A DNA stretch of 35,327 bases from Conexibacter sp. (GTDB lineage: Bacteria; Actinomycetota; Thermoleophilia; Solirubrobacterales; Solirubrobacteraceae). Made by a program: the position numbers and the translations under genes. Shown in pieces: positions 34,232 to 35,327 of this stretch. Location of the stretch: contig JAOPZP010000495.1 of assembly GCA_025964055.1 (NCBI GenBank), positions 1 to 35,327 of the forward strand. Reading direction: 5' to 3'. How positions within the stretch are numbered: position 1 is the stretch's first letter; every line of letters begins with the position of its first letter. The notes beneath the pieces were generated by a model. The model was not told where the DNA came from, searched no databases, and worked only from the letters and a program-made list of their open reading frames with translations.

Positions 34232-35313
34232 AGGACGCTCGGGAACGTCTCGAGCGACGGCTTGAGCTCGTTGAGGAGCTCCAGCCACCGGATGTTGTAG
34301 TTGCGCGGGTCGGTCAGCTGCGAGGCCGTCGACCCGTCCAGCCGGCCGACCAGGTCCGTCACGGCATCGAGGACCGAATGGCGGGGGATGAAGCCCAGCG
34401 TGGTCGAGAGCTTGGCGTTGGAGCACTCGTAGTCGCGCGTGAGCGCCGGTGCCGGGACCTCGTCCAGCGTCACGCTGCGGCCGGTGAGCTGCACCGAGCC
34501 CGCGACCAGCATCGCCAGCTCGCGGATCTGGTAGTTGGAGTGCAGGACGTTGAAGATCTCCCCGCGCACCTTCTCCGCCGGTGCCTCGTAGGCGGCGATC
34601 ATCGCGTCGGACACGTCGCGGACGTCGACGAGCGGGCGCCACATCCAGCCGCCGCCGTGGAGCATCAGCTTGCCGGTCAGCAGCGCGTCCTTGACGAACG
34701 TGTTGACCACGAGGTCGAAGCGCATCCGCGGCGAGTAGCCGTAGACGGTGCCGTTGCGCAGCAGCACCGGCGTGAGGCCCTCGCCGGCCAGCTTCAGCAG
34801 CGCCTCCTCGCCGTAGCGCTTGGAGGTCGCGTACGCGGCGCGCGGCTCGATCGGCGCGGTCTCGTCGTGCATGCCCGGGGGCAGCCCGTCGTAGAGCGAG
34901 CACGAAGAGGCGAAGACGTAGCGCTCGATCCCCCGCTTGACGCACATCTGGCCGAGCGTCTCGGTCGCGACGGCGTTCATCTGCCAGTTGGCCTCGGGAT
35001 CGAACTCGGCAGTCGGGTCGTTGCTCAGCCCGCTGAGGTTGATCACGCCGTCGACGCCGTCCAGCGCGTCCTCGGGGATGTCGCGCACGTCGGCGACGAC
35101 CATCTCGATCTTGTCGCGCACGCTGTCGAGCCCCTGCTCGCCGAAGTACATGCGGTCGAGCAGGCGAACCTTGTAGCCGCGCTCGACGAGCTTCGGCACC
35201 AGCACGCAGCCGATGTAGCCGGCGCCGCCCGCGACGAGGATCGTCTGGCCGTTGTCCGGCGCCGTGTCGGCAAGCCCGTTGCCACGTCCGTTCATGCTTC
35301 TCTCAACGCTCAT
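34228..35313 (-). CDS. NAD-dependent epimerase/dehydratase (extended SDR); true start may be ATG 35295
   Basis: AGGAGYIG, FASSCSLY, YATSK, RNGTVYGYSPRMRFDLVVN. Confidence 0.9.
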   Translation of the reverse strand: MSVERSMNGRGNGLADTAPDNGQTILVAGGAGYIGCVLVPKLVERGYKVRLLDRMYFGEQGLDSVRDKIEMVVADVRDIPEDALDGVDGVINLSGLSNDPTAEFDPEANWQMNAVATETLGQMCVKRGIERYVFASSCSLYDGLPPGMHDETAPIEPRAAYATSKRYGEEALLKLAGEGLTPVLLRNGTVYGYSPRMRFDLVVNTFVKDALLTGKLMLHGGGWMWRPLVDVRDVSDAMIAAYEAPAEKVRGEIFNVLHSNYQIRELAMLVAGSVQLTGRSVTLDEVPAPALTRDYECSNAKLSTTLGFIPRHSVLDAVTDLVGRLDGSTASQLTDPRNYNIRWLELLNELKPSLETFPSVL

Positions 35314-35327
35314 TCTGCCCCCAAGGT

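Noticed and set aside
1-35327. Mobile elements, tRNA/rRNA, defence or toxin-antitoxin genes
   Set aside because: No transposase, integrase, nuclease or structural RNA signatures seen

Overview
Very GC-rich DNA of actinobacterial type; a Thermoleophilia/Solirubrobacterales origin is an unverified guess. The whole window is part of a large exopolysaccharide/cell-envelope glycan locus. It encodes nucleotide-sugar enzymes (two extended SDRs, two DegT-family aminotransferases, a NeuD/PglD-like acetyltransferase, a Gfo/Idh/MocA oxidoreductase, RmlC, RmlD and a degenerate long-form RmlA homolog), four glycosyltransferases, a methyltransferase and three paralogous Wzz/CapA-like membrane proteins. It also encodes three large secreted modular proteins, a lipoprotein-MFS-beta-propeller trio, an ECF sigma factor with no adjacent anti-sigma, and a five-gene deacetylase/GNAT/AMP-ligase/PLP-decarboxylase/ACP operon. 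Two results stand out. First, a bipartite promoter CGCAAG-N17-CGTT occurs exactly five times in front of transcription units, plus degenerate copies, usually 10 nt before an ATG; this suggests a leaderless regulon of the local ECF sigma. Second, the ACP module resembles BtrK/VinNLO chemistry and may put an aminoacyl group on the glycan. I saw no RNA genes, CRISPR arrays or mobile elements. All family calls come from motif recognition by eye, not database searches.
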